Positions 1 to 10,361 of a DNA stretch of 64,000 bases are shown here, piece by piece. Below the pieces are notes generated by a model that was not told the origin of the DNA, did not search any database, and was given only the letters and a program-made list of their open reading frames with translations. Origin of the DNA: an uncultured bacterium (GTDB taxonomy: Bacteria; CSSED10-310; CAZUFC01). The stretch spans positions 32,001 through 96,000 of the forward strand of contig CAZUFC010000005.1 of the NCBI GenBank assembly GCA_964619725.1, in the 5' to 3' direction. Position 1 is the stretch's first letter; every line of letters starts with the position of its first letter. The position numbers and the translations under genes were made by a program.

Positions 1-146
1 CAGAAGAAAAGCTCATAGAAATAATAAAGGGAAAGCTGAAATTTGACATGGATTCGTCAGATTGATTATGATTAGCATCCTGACGATCCGCTGATGATTG
101 GGATTCAGGTTGCGTCTGAAGCGATAGGAGGCGACGACGACTATTT

Positions 147-710
147 ATGGCGATAAAAAATAAAAATTTGGAGATTGATGTTGAAACGAAAACAGACGGC
201 ACACCTGAAAGGATTCTCAAGGACACGGGCATAAACATTTACGAATGTTGGCAATGTGCCAAGTGCTCAAGCGGATGTCCCTGCGTTGAAAGCATGGACA
301 TTCCGCCTCACCGAATCGTGCGTTTGCTGCAACTGAACCGGGTGGAACGAGTTATTGAATCCAATGCATTATGGACATGTTCAGGTTGCCGTACATGTGC
401 GCATCGCTGCCCCAACGACATACCCATCAATCAAATCCTCGACTGGGTTTCTCAAAATTGCCGGGACAGGAAAAGAAGCATCACAAAGAAGGGTAAAAAT
501 TCTCTATTCTTTCACCGGCTTTTTTTGCATTCAGTAAAACGAACGGGAAAACTGGATGAAGCTCAAGCGCTGGGCATTTATCAGTTGAAAACAGGATCGT
601 GGAAAAGCAATTTTAAAATGGGTCTGCAGATGTTTTTGAAAGGCAGACTCAAGCCCTTCGTAAAGAAAATTAGAGATCGTCAAAGCATAAAATCAATTTT
701 TAAAAAATAA
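147..710 (+). CDS. hdrC: Heterodisulfide reductase subunit C (2x[4Fe-4S])
   Basis: CWQCAKCSSGCP and CSGCRTCAHRCP ferredoxin motifs; directly upstream of an HdrB gene. Confidence 0.9.
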   Translation: MAIKNKNLEIDVETKTDGTPERILKDTGINIYECWQCAKCSSGCPCVESMDIPPHRIVRLLQLNRVERVIESNALWTCSGCRTCAHRCPNDIPINQILDWVSQNCRDRKRSITKKGKNSLFFHRLFLHSVKRTGKLDEAQALGIYQLKTGSWKSNFKMGLQMFLKGRLKPFVKKIRDRQSIKSIFKK

Positions 711-731
711 AAAGACTCGGAAACAAAAATT

Positions 732-1610
732 ATGGAAATCGGATATTATCCCGGCTGTTCAATGAAATCTACCGCTTCAGACTATGACGAATCATTGCAT
801 GAAGTGGCTCTCAGACTAGAAATAAAGTTAAATGAGATAGACGACTGGAACTGTTGCGGTTCAAGTTCTGCTCACGTCATAAATGAACTGGCGAGTCATG
901 CATTGCCTGCAAGGGTAATGGCTTTGGCCGAAGATCAGGGCATGGACTCGGTTCTGGTTCCCTGTTCGTCCTGTTTCGTCCGTCTGGCGGAAACGGACGT
1001 TTTAATGAAAAAGGACCCTGAAAAAGCCCGGGAAATCAATAAGGCTATCAGTCCGCTCAGATATGACGGAACGATAGTCATCAAGGATATTCTGAGTTTT
1101 CTGGCGGATGATGTAGGGTACCGGCGAATTGCGAGGAGAATTGAGAAGAAATTCAAGGGTCTGAAAGTATTGCCTTATTACGGGTGCCTGGTATCCCGAT
1201 TTAAGGGTGTCGTTGAAAATAAGCCTGCAGATAACCCTCGGCAAATCGAGAAGTTGCTTAACATTATGGGGATTGAGACCGAAGATTGGGAATTCAAAAC
1301 CGACTGTTGCGGCGCGGGACTCAGCATCACAGATACTGAAACAATGATAAACGTATCACAAAAGCTGATCGTCGATGCTCTGGGGCTAAATGCACAGGCT
1401 CTCGTAACCGCGTGTCCCATGTGTCAGACCAACCTGGATTCTTTCCAGAGTAAGATAAAAAAGGCCGCAGGACTGAAACGAAGCATCCCCGTTTTTTACA
1501 TCACAGACCTACTGGGAGTGGCTTTAGGAGCGAATATGAGAAAGAGCCACTGGCGGAAACATTTTATCGACACGAAAGAAATTGTTTCAAAGGCGATTGA
1601 AGTTAAATAA
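732..1610 (+). CDS. hdrB: Heterodisulfide reductase subunit B (two CCG domains)
   Basis: YYPGC start, WNCCG, PCSSC, YYGC, DCCG and ACPMCQ motifs. Confidence 0.92.
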   Translation: MEIGYYPGCSMKSTASDYDESLHEVALRLEIKLNEIDDWNCCGSSSAHVINELASHALPARVMALAEDQGMDSVLVPCSSCFVRLAETDVLMKKDPEKAREINKAISPLRYDGTIVIKDILSFLADDVGYRRIARRIEKKFKGLKVLPYYGCLVSRFKGVVENKPADNPRQIEKLLNIMGIETEDWEFKTDCCGAGLSITDTETMINVSQKLIVDALGLNAQALVTACPMCQTNLDSFQSKIKKAAGLKRSIPVFYITDLLGVALGANMRKSHWRKHFIDTKEIVSKAIEVK

Positions 1611-1627
1611 AAAGAATAAAGCAGATT

Positions 1628-2062
1628 ATGAAAAATAAACAAATTACAGGCAAAAGAAAGTTTAAGGAAGAAAGCAGCGTAGCTCGGGAACAAAAAATCG
1701 AGGAGATCAGTAAAATCGACCCCGATGATGCAGATCGTTTGAATAAACTAATGCAGCGTTTCGAGGAAATGACGAAGGAAGGCCGTAATGCTTATGGAGA
1801 GTTGGTGACTGAAGATCAGATGAATGTAATTTTCGATAAGATATTGAATCGGGAGCTGGCCAGAGCGCACATTCTGGAAGCCGCAGGAGAGAAGCCTGTT
1901 ACTGTGAAGAAAATTGCTGAAATCACGGGATTGACGGCATCCGAAACGCTTAGTCACGTAACTGAGTTGTGCCGCCGGAATATTTTGCACAGGGTTGAAT
2001 CCGGTCATGCGACGAGCCCCATTCCCGAATATATATTTCGCAAGGAAATGAGGAAAGAATGA
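1628..2062 (+). CDS. Small Hdr-associated protein with C-terminal winged-helix-like region
   Basis: Inside the hdr operon, ATGA-type overlap with hdrA; GRNAYGE motif then HTH-like TVKKIAEITGLTASETLSHVTELCRRN. Confidence 0.7.
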   Translation: MKNKQITGKRKFKEESSVAREQKIEEISKIDPDDADRLNKLMQRFEEMTKEGRNAYGELVTEDQMNVIFDKILNRELARAHILEAAGEKPVTVKKIAEITGLTASETLSHVTELCRRNILHRVESGHATSPIPEYIFRKEMRKE

Positions 2063-5000
2063 TGAGCGAAGGATCGACAACGGGCGCTGTTCTGGTGGTA
2101 GGTGCTGGAATAACGGGAATACAGGCGGCTCTGGATGCGGCTGATTCGGGGTACAAGGTATATCTGGTTGAAAAATCTCCTCATGTAGGCGGTCGAATGA
2201 CTCAACTTGACAAGACGTTTCCGACCAACGACTGTTCGATGTGTATAATGAGTCCTAAAGTAGTGGAATTGGACCGCAATCGTAACATAGAGATACTGAC
2301 TTTATCGGAGCTGATTAATGTAGAAGGCGAGCCGGGGAATTTCAAGGCAGCGGTGAAGGCTTCTCCCCGGCGGATCGATCCTGAAAAGTGCACGCATTGC
2401 AAGCTGTGCGAAATGGTATGTCCCGTGGAGACGCCCAGCGAATATGAGGGGGGATTGGCGCAGCGCAAAGCGATATATTCATCTTATCCTCAGGCGGTAC
2501 CGGCGGCAGTCAGCATCGACAGGCGGGAACCGCCATGCAATTATGCCTGCCCTTTGCATCTGGATGCGAGGGAATATGTTGAACTGATCCGTGCGGGTCG
2601 TTACGAGGAGGCCTGGCATGTTATAAGGAGCAAGCTGCCTTTCCCCGGAACGTTAGGACGAATCTGTCCTCATCCTTGTGAGGATGCCTGTTCGCGTAGT
2701 GAGGGAGCAGGAGAGGCCGTATCGGTTTGTGCGCTGAAACGCTTTGTCTCGGACAAGTCGGTTGAAGAAGATTGGGATTACATTCCTGAAAAGAAACAGG
2801 CTGAGGTCAGCAAGAAGATAGCCGTAATCGGTTCGGGACCGTCAGGATTGACGGCAGCGCACGATCTGGCCTGCATGGGCCATAAAGTCAAAGTGTATGA
2901 AGCTTTACCGACGCCGGGAGGAATGCTGACCGTGGGCATTCCGAAGTTCAGGCTTCCCCGGGAAGTGATCGAAAGAGAAATTAATGCAATTGAGAATTTG
3001 GGTGTAACTATACAGACGGATACGGCTTTGGGGCGCGACATTACCCTTAAGTCTCTAAAAGAGGAAGGTTATGATGCTGTTTATCTGGCTCTGGGCGCTC
3101 ACAAGCCGGTGGAATTCGCGTGTGAAGGATTTGAACTGGAAGGCGTCATGCCGGCGCTTGATTTTCTCCGAACAGCGGCTTTATCCGGTCCTCCCGAACT
3201 GGGGAAACAGGTAGCTGTCATCGGAGGAGGCGATACTGCTGTCGATGCGGCCCGAACAGCGAAACGTATGGGAAGCGACGTAACGATTTATTATCGAAGG
3301 TCCAATCGCGAGTTACGGGCTCACCCGGAAGAAATTCAAGCAGCAAGGGACGAAGGGATCAAATTCCGTTTTCTTACGGCGCCTGTGGCTTACAAAGGTA
3401 AGGACGGCAGGGTTGACCGCATGGTGATGGTTCGTATGAAACTTCTTGAAAGGGATGCCGAGGGCCGCCGACGTGTAGCAGCGGCGGAAGACACGGAATA
3501 TGAAGTTCCTGTGGATAATGTTCTAACAGCGTTAGGTCAGAAGCCTGCAATACCGGATGATGCGGATATGGGTCGATTACTCGATCCGAAAAGGCGCGAC
3601 AGAATAAAAATTAAAAACGAGGCATCATGTCAAACCGAAATACCCTGGATATTCGCTGGGGGAGACGCAGCGACGGGTCCCAGAACCGCCGTCGAAGCCA
3701 TAGCGGCGGGAAGCCGGGCAGCAGAAGCCATAAACGCTTATCTTTGCGATGAGGAAGCTTTGCCGGAATATGTTCCTGAGCTGATAATGGATGCGCCAGT
3801 TATATGCGGGGATGATTCGGATAACGGCCCTACCCGCGTTTTTCCAGTTGAAAGAAGCGGGAAGGATCGTTGCAGAGACCTGGAAGAATATATTTCCTGT
3901 TTTACTTGTGAGCAGGCGCAATCGGAGGCGGAGCGATGTTTAAGCTGCAGGCAGTGTATCGGATGCGGTCTGTGTGTTGAAGTTTGCGAAACAGACGCCA
4001 TAAGTTTCGATGATACGGCTTCTGTAAGAAAGCTTGATGTGGGTTCGATCATCCTTGCTCCCGGGCATGAGCTTTTCGATATTTCGTTGAAGCCGCAACT
4101 CGGCGGAGGACGTTTTAAAAACGTGGTTACTCACCTGCAGTTCGAACGCATGATCAGCGCTTCCGGACCTAATAATTCGTTGGTTCTTCGCCCTTCCGAC
4201 GGGGTAATTCCTGAAAAGGTAGCCTGGCTCATGTGCGTGGGATCGAGAGAAAAAGGAAGAGACTTTTGTTCGGCTGCGTGCTGCATGGCTTCAATAAAAG
4301 AAGCCGTGATAGCCAAAGAGCATATGCCGTTCATCAAGCCGACATTTTTTTATCTGGATTTCCGGGCTTTCGGAAAAGGATATGAGCGATATTATGAAAG
4401 GGCTAAAGCGGACCCCGATTTCCGGTTTAAAAGATGCATGATCTCCAGGATAGAAGAAATAAAGGAAACCGGTAATTTAAAAATAAAATATTTCGATGAA
4501 AGCGGGGAATTGCAGGAAGAAGAATTCGACATGGCGGTACTGGCTGCGGGAATGAACGTAAGCGATTCGGTTAAGCAGCTTGCTGCGAGCTTGAACGTTA
4601 AGTTGGATGAACACGGTTTTTGTTCGTGTAAGGGAATTGATAGAGTTTCGACTTCACGACCGGGGGTATACGTCTGCGGCACGTTTGAGAATCCCAAAGA
4701 CATACCTGATTCCATCATTCAGGCGGGCGCTGCAGCGGATAAGGCGACGAGTCTGTTGACCGACTCCCGATTCACGCAAACAGATGAGATGGAATTTCCG
4801 CCGGAACGTGATGTGGAATCGGAGGAGCCGCGGGTAGGCGTATTCATCTGTCGTTGCGGCTTGAACATAGCCGGAACGGTGGATACCGATGCAGTAGTGG
4901 AGTATGCAAAAACGTTGGATGGCGTGGCTTACGTTGAAGAATGCGTTTTCGCCTGTTCCCGCGATTCTCAAAAGAACATGCGCGATAAAATAGAGGAACA

Positions 5001-6510
5001 TAATCTGAATAGAATTATCGTTTCTTCATGTTCTCCCAGAACGCACGAAGCCATATTCCAGGAAAACATAAGAAAAGCGGGTTTAAATCCGTATCTCTTT
5101 CAGATGGCCAATATAAGAGATCAATGTTCCTGGGTTCACCCACACGAGCATGATGCAGCGACAAAGAAAGCCAAATTGCTGACTGCAGCAGCCGTAGCAG
5201 ACGTTAGGAAAACCCGTCCGCTGACAGAAGGCTCGCTGCCTGTGACAAAACGAGCCTTGATTATAGGCGGAGGACCTGCGGGAATGCATGCCGCTCTTGA
5301 GATGGCTGGGCAGGGATTCGATACGGTTCTGGTCGAAAAGAAGGACAGGCTGGGCGGGAATCTGGCCGGGAAAAGGGAAAACATCGAAGGGGTCGATTTG
5401 AAGGAATACCTTCAGAATATTATCGAAACAGTTATGAATAACCCGCGTATTAAAGTGATGACCGGTGCGAAAGCAGTAGGATTTTCCGGAATGAAAGGGC
5501 GATTTTCGACAATATTAAGAAATCAGGACGGCGAAGAGACTGAAGTCGAGCACGGCATCGTCATACTAGCGACCGGGGCTGTTGAACATAAGCCGAAGGA
5601 ATATAATTACGGGGAGAGTCCTCGCATTCTGACGCAGGGTGACCTGGAGCGGTCAATGGACAAAGGCGAAATAATTCCGCAACAAATCAAAGAAGTCGTC
5701 ATGATACAATGCGTAGAAGCGCGAACGCCTGAGCGTCCCTACTGCGGACGGGTGTGCTGCACTACAGCCCTGAAAAACGCACTTATACTGAAACGTCTCA
5801 ATCCCAACATGAGAATCCGCATCCTTTTCAGGGATATGCGCGCTTATGGGAAACTGGAAAAACACTACAGCCGTGCCCGTGAATCTGGAATTCTGTTCCA
5901 CCGATATGAACCGGAAAATAAGCCTGTCGTTACGGTGGGAGATGACAATTTGAGGGTTACATTCTCAGACCTTACTTTGAATGAAGGAATTACCGTCAAT
6001 CCCGATATGGTCGTTTTGAGTACGCCGATGGTTCCCGACGACAGCAGCGAAATTTCGACGCTATTCGCTCAACCCCTAACGCAGGATCAATTTTTTATGG
6101 AAGCCCATGTTAAATTGAGGCCCGTCGAATCTCCGGTGGAAGGAGTATACATCTGCGGGGCCGCTCATTTCCCCAAGCTGACGGATGAAACGGCCACGCA
6201 GGCAGCCGCAGCCGTATCTGCCGCATGCCGTGTTCTGGCTCAGGACAAGCTTAAAATCAGCGGCATTATTTCTCAGGTCGATCCGTTGAAATGCGCTGCG
6301 TGCCTTCATTGCGTCAGACATTGCCCCTATAGTGTTCCTAAAATAAATAAAGACGGAGTATCGGAAATCGAACCGGCCCTCTGCAGGGGCTGCGGTTTAT
6401 GCGCCGCCGAATGCCCCCAGAGCGCCATTCAACTGCTTCATTATACTGACGATCAGATCAACGCTCGCGTCGATGCCATGAAAGAGAGGATCACCGGTGT
6501 CGGAAACTGA
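2059..6510 (+). CDS. hdrA: HdrL-type large HdrA: HdrA with an inserted GltD-like NAD(P)H/FAD module plus a second HdrA unit
   Basis: GAGITG and LDKTFPTNDC N-terminus; GltD-like PCNYACP...GRICPHPCE, GSGPSG, GGGDTA; CSAACC; second unit NIRDQCSWVH, GGGPAG, EAHVKLRP; terminal ferredoxin. Confidence 0.9.
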   Translation: MMSEGSTTGAVLVVGAGITGIQAALDAADSGYKVYLVEKSPHVGGRMTQLDKTFPTNDCSMCIMSPKVVELDRNRNIEILTLSELINVEGEPGNFKAAVKASPRRIDPEKCTHCKLCEMVCPVETPSEYEGGLAQRKAIYSSYPQAVPAAVSIDRREPPCNYACPLHLDAREYVELIRAGRYEEAWHVIRSKLPFPGTLGRICPHPCEDACSRSEGAGEAVSVCALKRFVSDKSVEEDWDYIPEKKQAEVSKKIAVIGSGPSGLTAAHDLACMGHKVKVYEALPTPGGMLTVGIPKFRLPREVIEREINAIENLGVTIQTDTALGRDITLKSLKEEGYDAVYLALGAHKPVEFACEGFELEGVMPALDFLRTAALSGPPELGKQVAVIGGGDTAVDAARTAKRMGSDVTIYYRRSNRELRAHPEEIQAARDEGIKFRFLTAPVAYKGKDGRVDRMVMVRMKLLERDAEGRRRVAAAEDTEYEVPVDNVLTALGQKPAIPDDADMGRLLDPKRRDRIKIKNEASCQTEIPWIFAGGDAATGPRTAVEAIAAGSRAAEAINAYLCDEEALPEYVPELIMDAPVICGDDSDNGPTRVFPVERSGKDRCRDLEEYISCFTCEQAQSEAERCLSCRQCIGCGLCVEVCETDAISFDDTASVRKLDVGSIILAPGHELFDISLKPQLGGGRFKNVVTHLQFERMISASGPNNSLVLRPSDGVIPEKVAWLMCVGSREKGRDFCSAACCMASIKEAVIAKEHMPFIKPTFFYLDFRAFGKGYERYYERAKADPDFRFKRCMISRIEEIKETGNLKIKYFDESGELQEEEFDMAVLAAGMNVSDSVKQLAASLNVKLDEHGFCSCKGIDRVSTSRPGVYVCGTFENPKDIPDSIIQAGAAADKATSLLTDSRFTQTDEMEFPPERDVESEEPRVGVFICRCGLNIAGTVDTDAVVEYAKTLDGVAYVEECVFACSRDSQKNMRDKIEEHNLNRIIVSSCSPRTHEAIFQENIRKAGLNPYLFQMANIRDQCSWVHPHEHDAATKKAKLLTAAAVADVRKTRPLTEGSLPVTKRALIIGGGPAGMHAALEMAGQGFDTVLVEKKDRLGGNLAGKRENIEGVDLKEYLQNIIETVMNNPRIKVMTGAKAVGFSGMKGRFSTILRNQDGEETEVEHGIVILATGAVEHKPKEYNYGESPRILTQGDLERSMDKGEIIPQQIKEVVMIQCVEARTPERPYCGRVCCTTALKNALILKRLNPNMRIRILFRDMRAYGKLEKHYSRARESGILFHRYEPENKPVVTVGDDNLRVTFSDLTLNEGITVNPDMVVLSTPMVPDDSSEISTLFAQPLTQDQFFMEAHVKLRPVESPVEGVYICGAAHFPKLTDETATQAAAAVSAACRVLAQDKLKISGIISQVDPLKCAACLHCVRHCPYSVPKINKDGVSEIEPALCRGCGLCAAECPQSAIQLLHYTDDQINARVDAMKERITGVGN

Positions 6511-6925
6511 TTTTCAACCCGAAATAATCGCTTATTGCTGCGAACACTGCGCCTACGCTGCCGCCGACTTGGCAGGCTCGCTCAGAAAAGAATATCCCCC
6601 TAATATTAAAATCATTAAAATACCCTGCTCCGGTAAAGCCGATAAAATCCTCATCCTTAAAAGCCTTCAAGGCGGCGCTGACGGCGTGTTCGTCGCCGGG
6701 TGCCTGGAAGGCGACTGTCACTTTAAGACCGGAAACCTTAAAGCTAAACAAAGAGTCACTTACTTGAAAAAGTTACTGAAAGATATCAATTTTCAGCCCG
6801 AACGTGTGGAAATGTTCAATGTTGCGGCTTCCGACGGCGAAGGCTTCGCTGATATAGCAAGAAAATTCACTGAAAAAATAAAGAAACTGGGCCCCAGTTC
6901 GCTTAAAGAAACAGATAACGAATAA
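6497..6925 (+). CDS. mvhD: MvhD/FlxD-type [2Fe-2S] hydrogenase delta subunit
   Basis: YCCEHCAYAAADLAG, PCSGK, GADGVFVAGCLEGDCH; overlaps the end of hdrA. Confidence 0.93.
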   Translation: MSETDFQPEIIAYCCEHCAYAAADLAGSLRKEYPPNIKIIKIPCSGKADKILILKSLQGGADGVFVAGCLEGDCHFKTGNLKAKQRVTYLKKLLKDINFQPERVEMFNVAASDGEGFADIARKFTEKIKKLGPSSLKETDNE

Positions 6926-7045
6926 AGCAAGGCGGAAAAAGTATAAAGTTTCAGAAAATCCGATATTTGCAGAAATGAATCTACGCCAAAATGAAAATTC
7001 TTCTCGGATTTTTTATCAGAAATCCTGTATAAGGAGGCAGTGTCG

Positions 7046-10018
7046 CTATTCCGGTCCGAATCCGAATTCCAGGTAGTCCCATCCGCCGTAGATGTCGTTC
7101 ATGCTTTCATTAAGCAGCGCTCCGTAGAATTTAATTCCCTGGAGGGAATCCTGTCCCGTATCAGGCCACTGAAAAGTTGATATGGCGTTGAATGTAGTCA
7201 ATCCGGAATCGAAAGGCGGCGGATAGTATTGGGCATCCTGTGTCCATCCGGGTGCGAACCAGAATTCACCGTATACTTCGAGCAAAACGAACAGGGGATT
7301 ATTCATAAGAGGCGAACCTGTATTATTGCAGACCGAGACTTGCAGATAGCACTCATCTCCAGGGGTAAAGTAAGTATCCGGCATTTCCAGGGCAACTCCC
7401 AGTTCAGTGCAGGCAGAGGCGGTCATTTCGCACTCGGCCCAGGCGGTAGCGGAAGCAGGCATAACAATATTTTGCACGAGATTGTCCAGTAGGTTCCAGG
7501 ATTCTCCGTCGTATTCTTCCAATGCGATGTCCAGCGACACGGTATGCCTTACGAAAAGAACGCCGGTGGTGTCTATAACCGCGTAATAGTTACCGCTCAG
7601 GGGAGGATAGAAGGTAACATCCGATTCGCTGTTTCTTAGTTCAATATTGTGAGCGCTGAAACTTTCATCGTTTCTGTAGGCTGCAAAATTGTCTGCATCA
7701 CAGATGAAGAAATTGATATTTCCTCCATCCAGGATATAGGAAAAAGTATGCTGAAATTGCAAATCCAGGGGATGCAAGGCTCTTTCCGTAACCTCGTAAT
7801 GAACGACAAGCCTTTGATCTCCTGTTTCTGAAGGGAGGGCGGCCGCGGGAGTCGCTTTCAATTGCGGAACGATTCCGGGAACGGTGACGTCCCAGGCATA
7901 TTCGGCATCAGGTTCGCTTTCAGTAATAACCTGGACCGGGTCGCCGTCAGGATAGAATCCGGCTTCGCTTTCAACTTGCCCCCAGAAATCTCGTTCATCT
8001 CCCAGGATAAAGTCTGTCGTTCCGTCAACATCTGTAAACTGGGAGATAACGGTTATCAGATCGCCGCCGGAACCGCCCCAGGGATAAGCCAGTATAGAAA
8101 CTTTGGCGCCGTCCACGGGGTTCCCTTCCGCATCGGTCACCGTTACGGTCAGAGTGCATGAATCGGAGTAACGATGGGTGATGGCATCCTTGTATTCGTC
8201 GCCTCTCCAGGTTGTGACGGAACTCAATGTTTTACCTCCGCCGTAATCGCTGTCTGCGGCCACGCCGGGATTGTTGATGTGAGTCGAACCGCGGTCCCAG
8301 CTTACCTGATAGGGACGCCAGGAACCGTCTGCCCAGAATTCTCCCCAAACATGGTCCCAGGCGATGTTATTGGCGCACTGAGCGGGTATCAGCATAGTAC
8401 GTGATGCCGCAACCAGCAGGTCCTGGAGTTCACCGCAGTTTCCGTCATGGCCGCGGGCGATGACTACGGGTTGAATCGGACGATCTCCCCGGGCCCTGTA
8501 ATTCAGTATCTTGCCGACCCAGTTTCCTATTACGTCCAGAGCCAGGCTTCCCGGTTCGAAGAACCTGCCGCCCCATAGATTATATTCTTCTCCGTCCCAC
8601 AAATATTCGGCGTTCTCTTTCACATCGGATAAAATGGGATAACCCGTCCATTCGACGGAATCATATTGAGCGTTCGACTGAGACGTCGTGCTGAATCCCG
8701 AAGGAAAAACCAGTCCTGCGGGGTCTTCCGTGCCGTAAGTCGCCAGGTGAATCTGAAAAATCTTCTTATGGGTGTCCAGCCAGTCTTCTATCCAGGTACG
8801 GTTATCCGCCAGCGCCTGATACAGTTCATAAGGCTGATACGAAGGAACGATCAGTTTTTTATAATCCGCCAGGTCGGCTACCCCGATGTCTGCGGAAGTC
8901 AATACATCGTAATTACGCCCGTGAGCTGTAAGAACATCCTCTATAACGGCTCCTTCCGGTTGATCCTGATCCTTGATGATACCTATCTGTGCCGTCTGAC
9001 CCATTGAAGTATGACCGTTGCCGTATTCCACCATGTTGTCCAGAAGCAGGCAACCGCCTGAATCATAGGCCGCTTCCACCCGCAAAGTCGTAGCCAGAAT
9101 TGTGCTGCCCTTGTTGCCGGTAGCCCACTTGATGTCGGCCAGAACGATTGCATCGGCGGAGCCTGCTGCGCTTGCAATACTCGTCGGCGCAATCTCAAAA
9201 TCCGTCAAATGACCTTTAGCTGATGGTCCCCAGCCGTCCAGCATTGCATCGGATATCTCATGCTGAGGCGCATACTCCAGATAGTGCTGAGCGTAACTGT
9301 CCGTTACGTTTGAATCGTAAAAAAGATACGAACGCCAGAAAGCGCCGTCCGGCGGAGCCGAAAAACCGCCGCCTTCGGGTACGACATAAGCGACCTTTTC
9401 ATCGCTGATCTTGGGATGCACGATATACCAGTAATAAATGTCTCTGGGTATTTCCCTCCATTCAGGCGCTCCGTCGATAAGCCAGCGATGAGTTACCGTC
9501 GTATAATATTCACCGCCCGAAGCGGGGTCCCCATGCTCCACCAACTGCACATAAGAAAGTAGTGGAGCCGCTTCATAAATCAAGGAAACGTTGTCCTCGA
9601 AGATTCCAAAATCAAACCGTGGATTCATAAGCATTTCCGGCGCTATATGAGCTGCCATAAAACAATATTCATCCCGATAATTCACATCAGACGGCGACAG
9701 GATCAATTCCGCCGCCTCATGCTGATGCGCTTCGTCCATGTATGAAAAGTTGTCGGCAAGGTCGTCTTTCAGCCAATCCGGAGCCGCCGCTACAGCATTG
9801 GCAGCTTCCTCCGTCAAACCCAGATCGGGGATGCCTAAATCGAATTCTTCCGTGGTCAATCCCAGATGGGGTCTATAATCACGCTGCAGAGCGCGCACGG
9901 CATCTTTTTCGTCAGGAGGACCATATCCCGTTATGCCTTTGTCGTCAGAACCGGCGAAAACCGTTGCAGCCGACAGAACAACTGCTGAAACCAATAAAAG
10001 CAAATTAATTTTTTTCAT
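7046..10018 (-). CDS. Secreted transglutaminase-like domain protein with shared C-terminal domain
   Basis: Signal peptide; GNCGELQ and DHVWGEFW (Cys-His); carboxypeptidase-regulatory-like VTVTDAEGNPVDGAKV; CTD LEVYGEFWFAPGW...FQWP. Confidence 0.75.
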   Translation of the reverse strand: MKKINLLLLVSAVVLSAATVFAGSDDKGITGYGPPDEKDAVRALQRDYRPHLGLTTEEFDLGIPDLGLTEEAANAVAAAPDWLKDDLADNFSYMDEAHQHEAAELILSPSDVNYRDEYCFMAAHIAPEMLMNPRFDFGIFEDNVSLIYEAAPLLSYVQLVEHGDPASGGEYYTTVTHRWLIDGAPEWREIPRDIYYWYIVHPKISDEKVAYVVPEGGGFSAPPDGAFWRSYLFYDSNVTDSYAQHYLEYAPQHEISDAMLDGWGPSAKGHLTDFEIAPTSIASAAGSADAIVLADIKWATGNKGSTILATTLRVEAAYDSGGCLLLDNMVEYGNGHTSMGQTAQIGIIKDQDQPEGAVIEDVLTAHGRNYDVLTSADIGVADLADYKKLIVPSYQPYELYQALADNRTWIEDWLDTHKKIFQIHLATYGTEDPAGLVFPSGFSTTSQSNAQYDSVEWTGYPILSDVKENAEYLWDGEEYNLWGGRFFEPGSLALDVIGNWVGKILNYRARGDRPIQPVVIARGHDGNCGELQDLLVAASRTMLIPAQCANNIAWDHVWGEFWADGSWRPYQVSWDRGSTHINNPGVAADSDYGGGKTLSSVTTWRGDEYKDAITHRYSDSCTLTVTVTDAEGNPVDGAKVSILAYPWGGSGGDLITVISQFTDVDGTTDFILGDERDFWGQVESEAGFYPDGDPVQVITESEPDAEYAWDVTVPGIVPQLKATPAAALPSETGDQRLVVHYEVTERALHPLDLQFQHTFSYILDGGNINFFICDADNFAAYRNDESFSAHNIELRNSESDVTFYPPLSGNYYAVIDTTGVLFVRHTVSLDIALEEYDGESWNLLDNLVQNIVMPASATAWAECEMTASACTELGVALEMPDTYFTPGDECYLQVSVCNNTGSPLMNNPLFVLLEVYGEFWFAPGWTQDAQYYPPPFDSGLTTFNAISTFQWPDTGQDSLQGIKFYGALLNESMNDIYGGWDYLEFGFGPE

Positions 10019-10319
10019 CTACTCCTGCTCCTTAAAATTTATTGTTGTAAGGAAAGCGTATTCATTTTTTTCTCAGGGCATAATACCAGTTTTTTCATCC
10101 AGATTCAAATATGGAAAAGATTCCCGGTTGGAGGGCTACACAATATCAATTTTTGCAAAAGGTACAGAATCTTTCGCAAACCGCGCTCCGATGCCCTCTC
10201 TCCATTCCGGAGCCTATGCAACAGGATAAAAGGCATTTTTCTTTTTATTTGCAATATATTGACTAAGAGATCGCTATCGTTCGACGAGCCTGCTCTATTG
10301 CGGGATAAGGTTTTACAAC

Positions 10320-10346
10320 GGGGTCAGAGCCCTTCGCAAAACCTTG
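10320..10346 (-). repeat. Dispersed REP-like motif CAAGGTTTTGCGAAGGGCTCTGACCCC
   Basis: Reverse complement matches 59967-59993 at 26 of 27 nt and shares the core of the 12731-12975 tandem units. Confidence 0.8.
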
Positions 10347-10361
10347 TTGCTTTTTATTTTT

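Noticed and set aside
1-65. 3' end of an upstream CDS (EEKLIEIIKGKLKFDMDSSD-stop)
   Set aside because: Plausible but too short to support or identify
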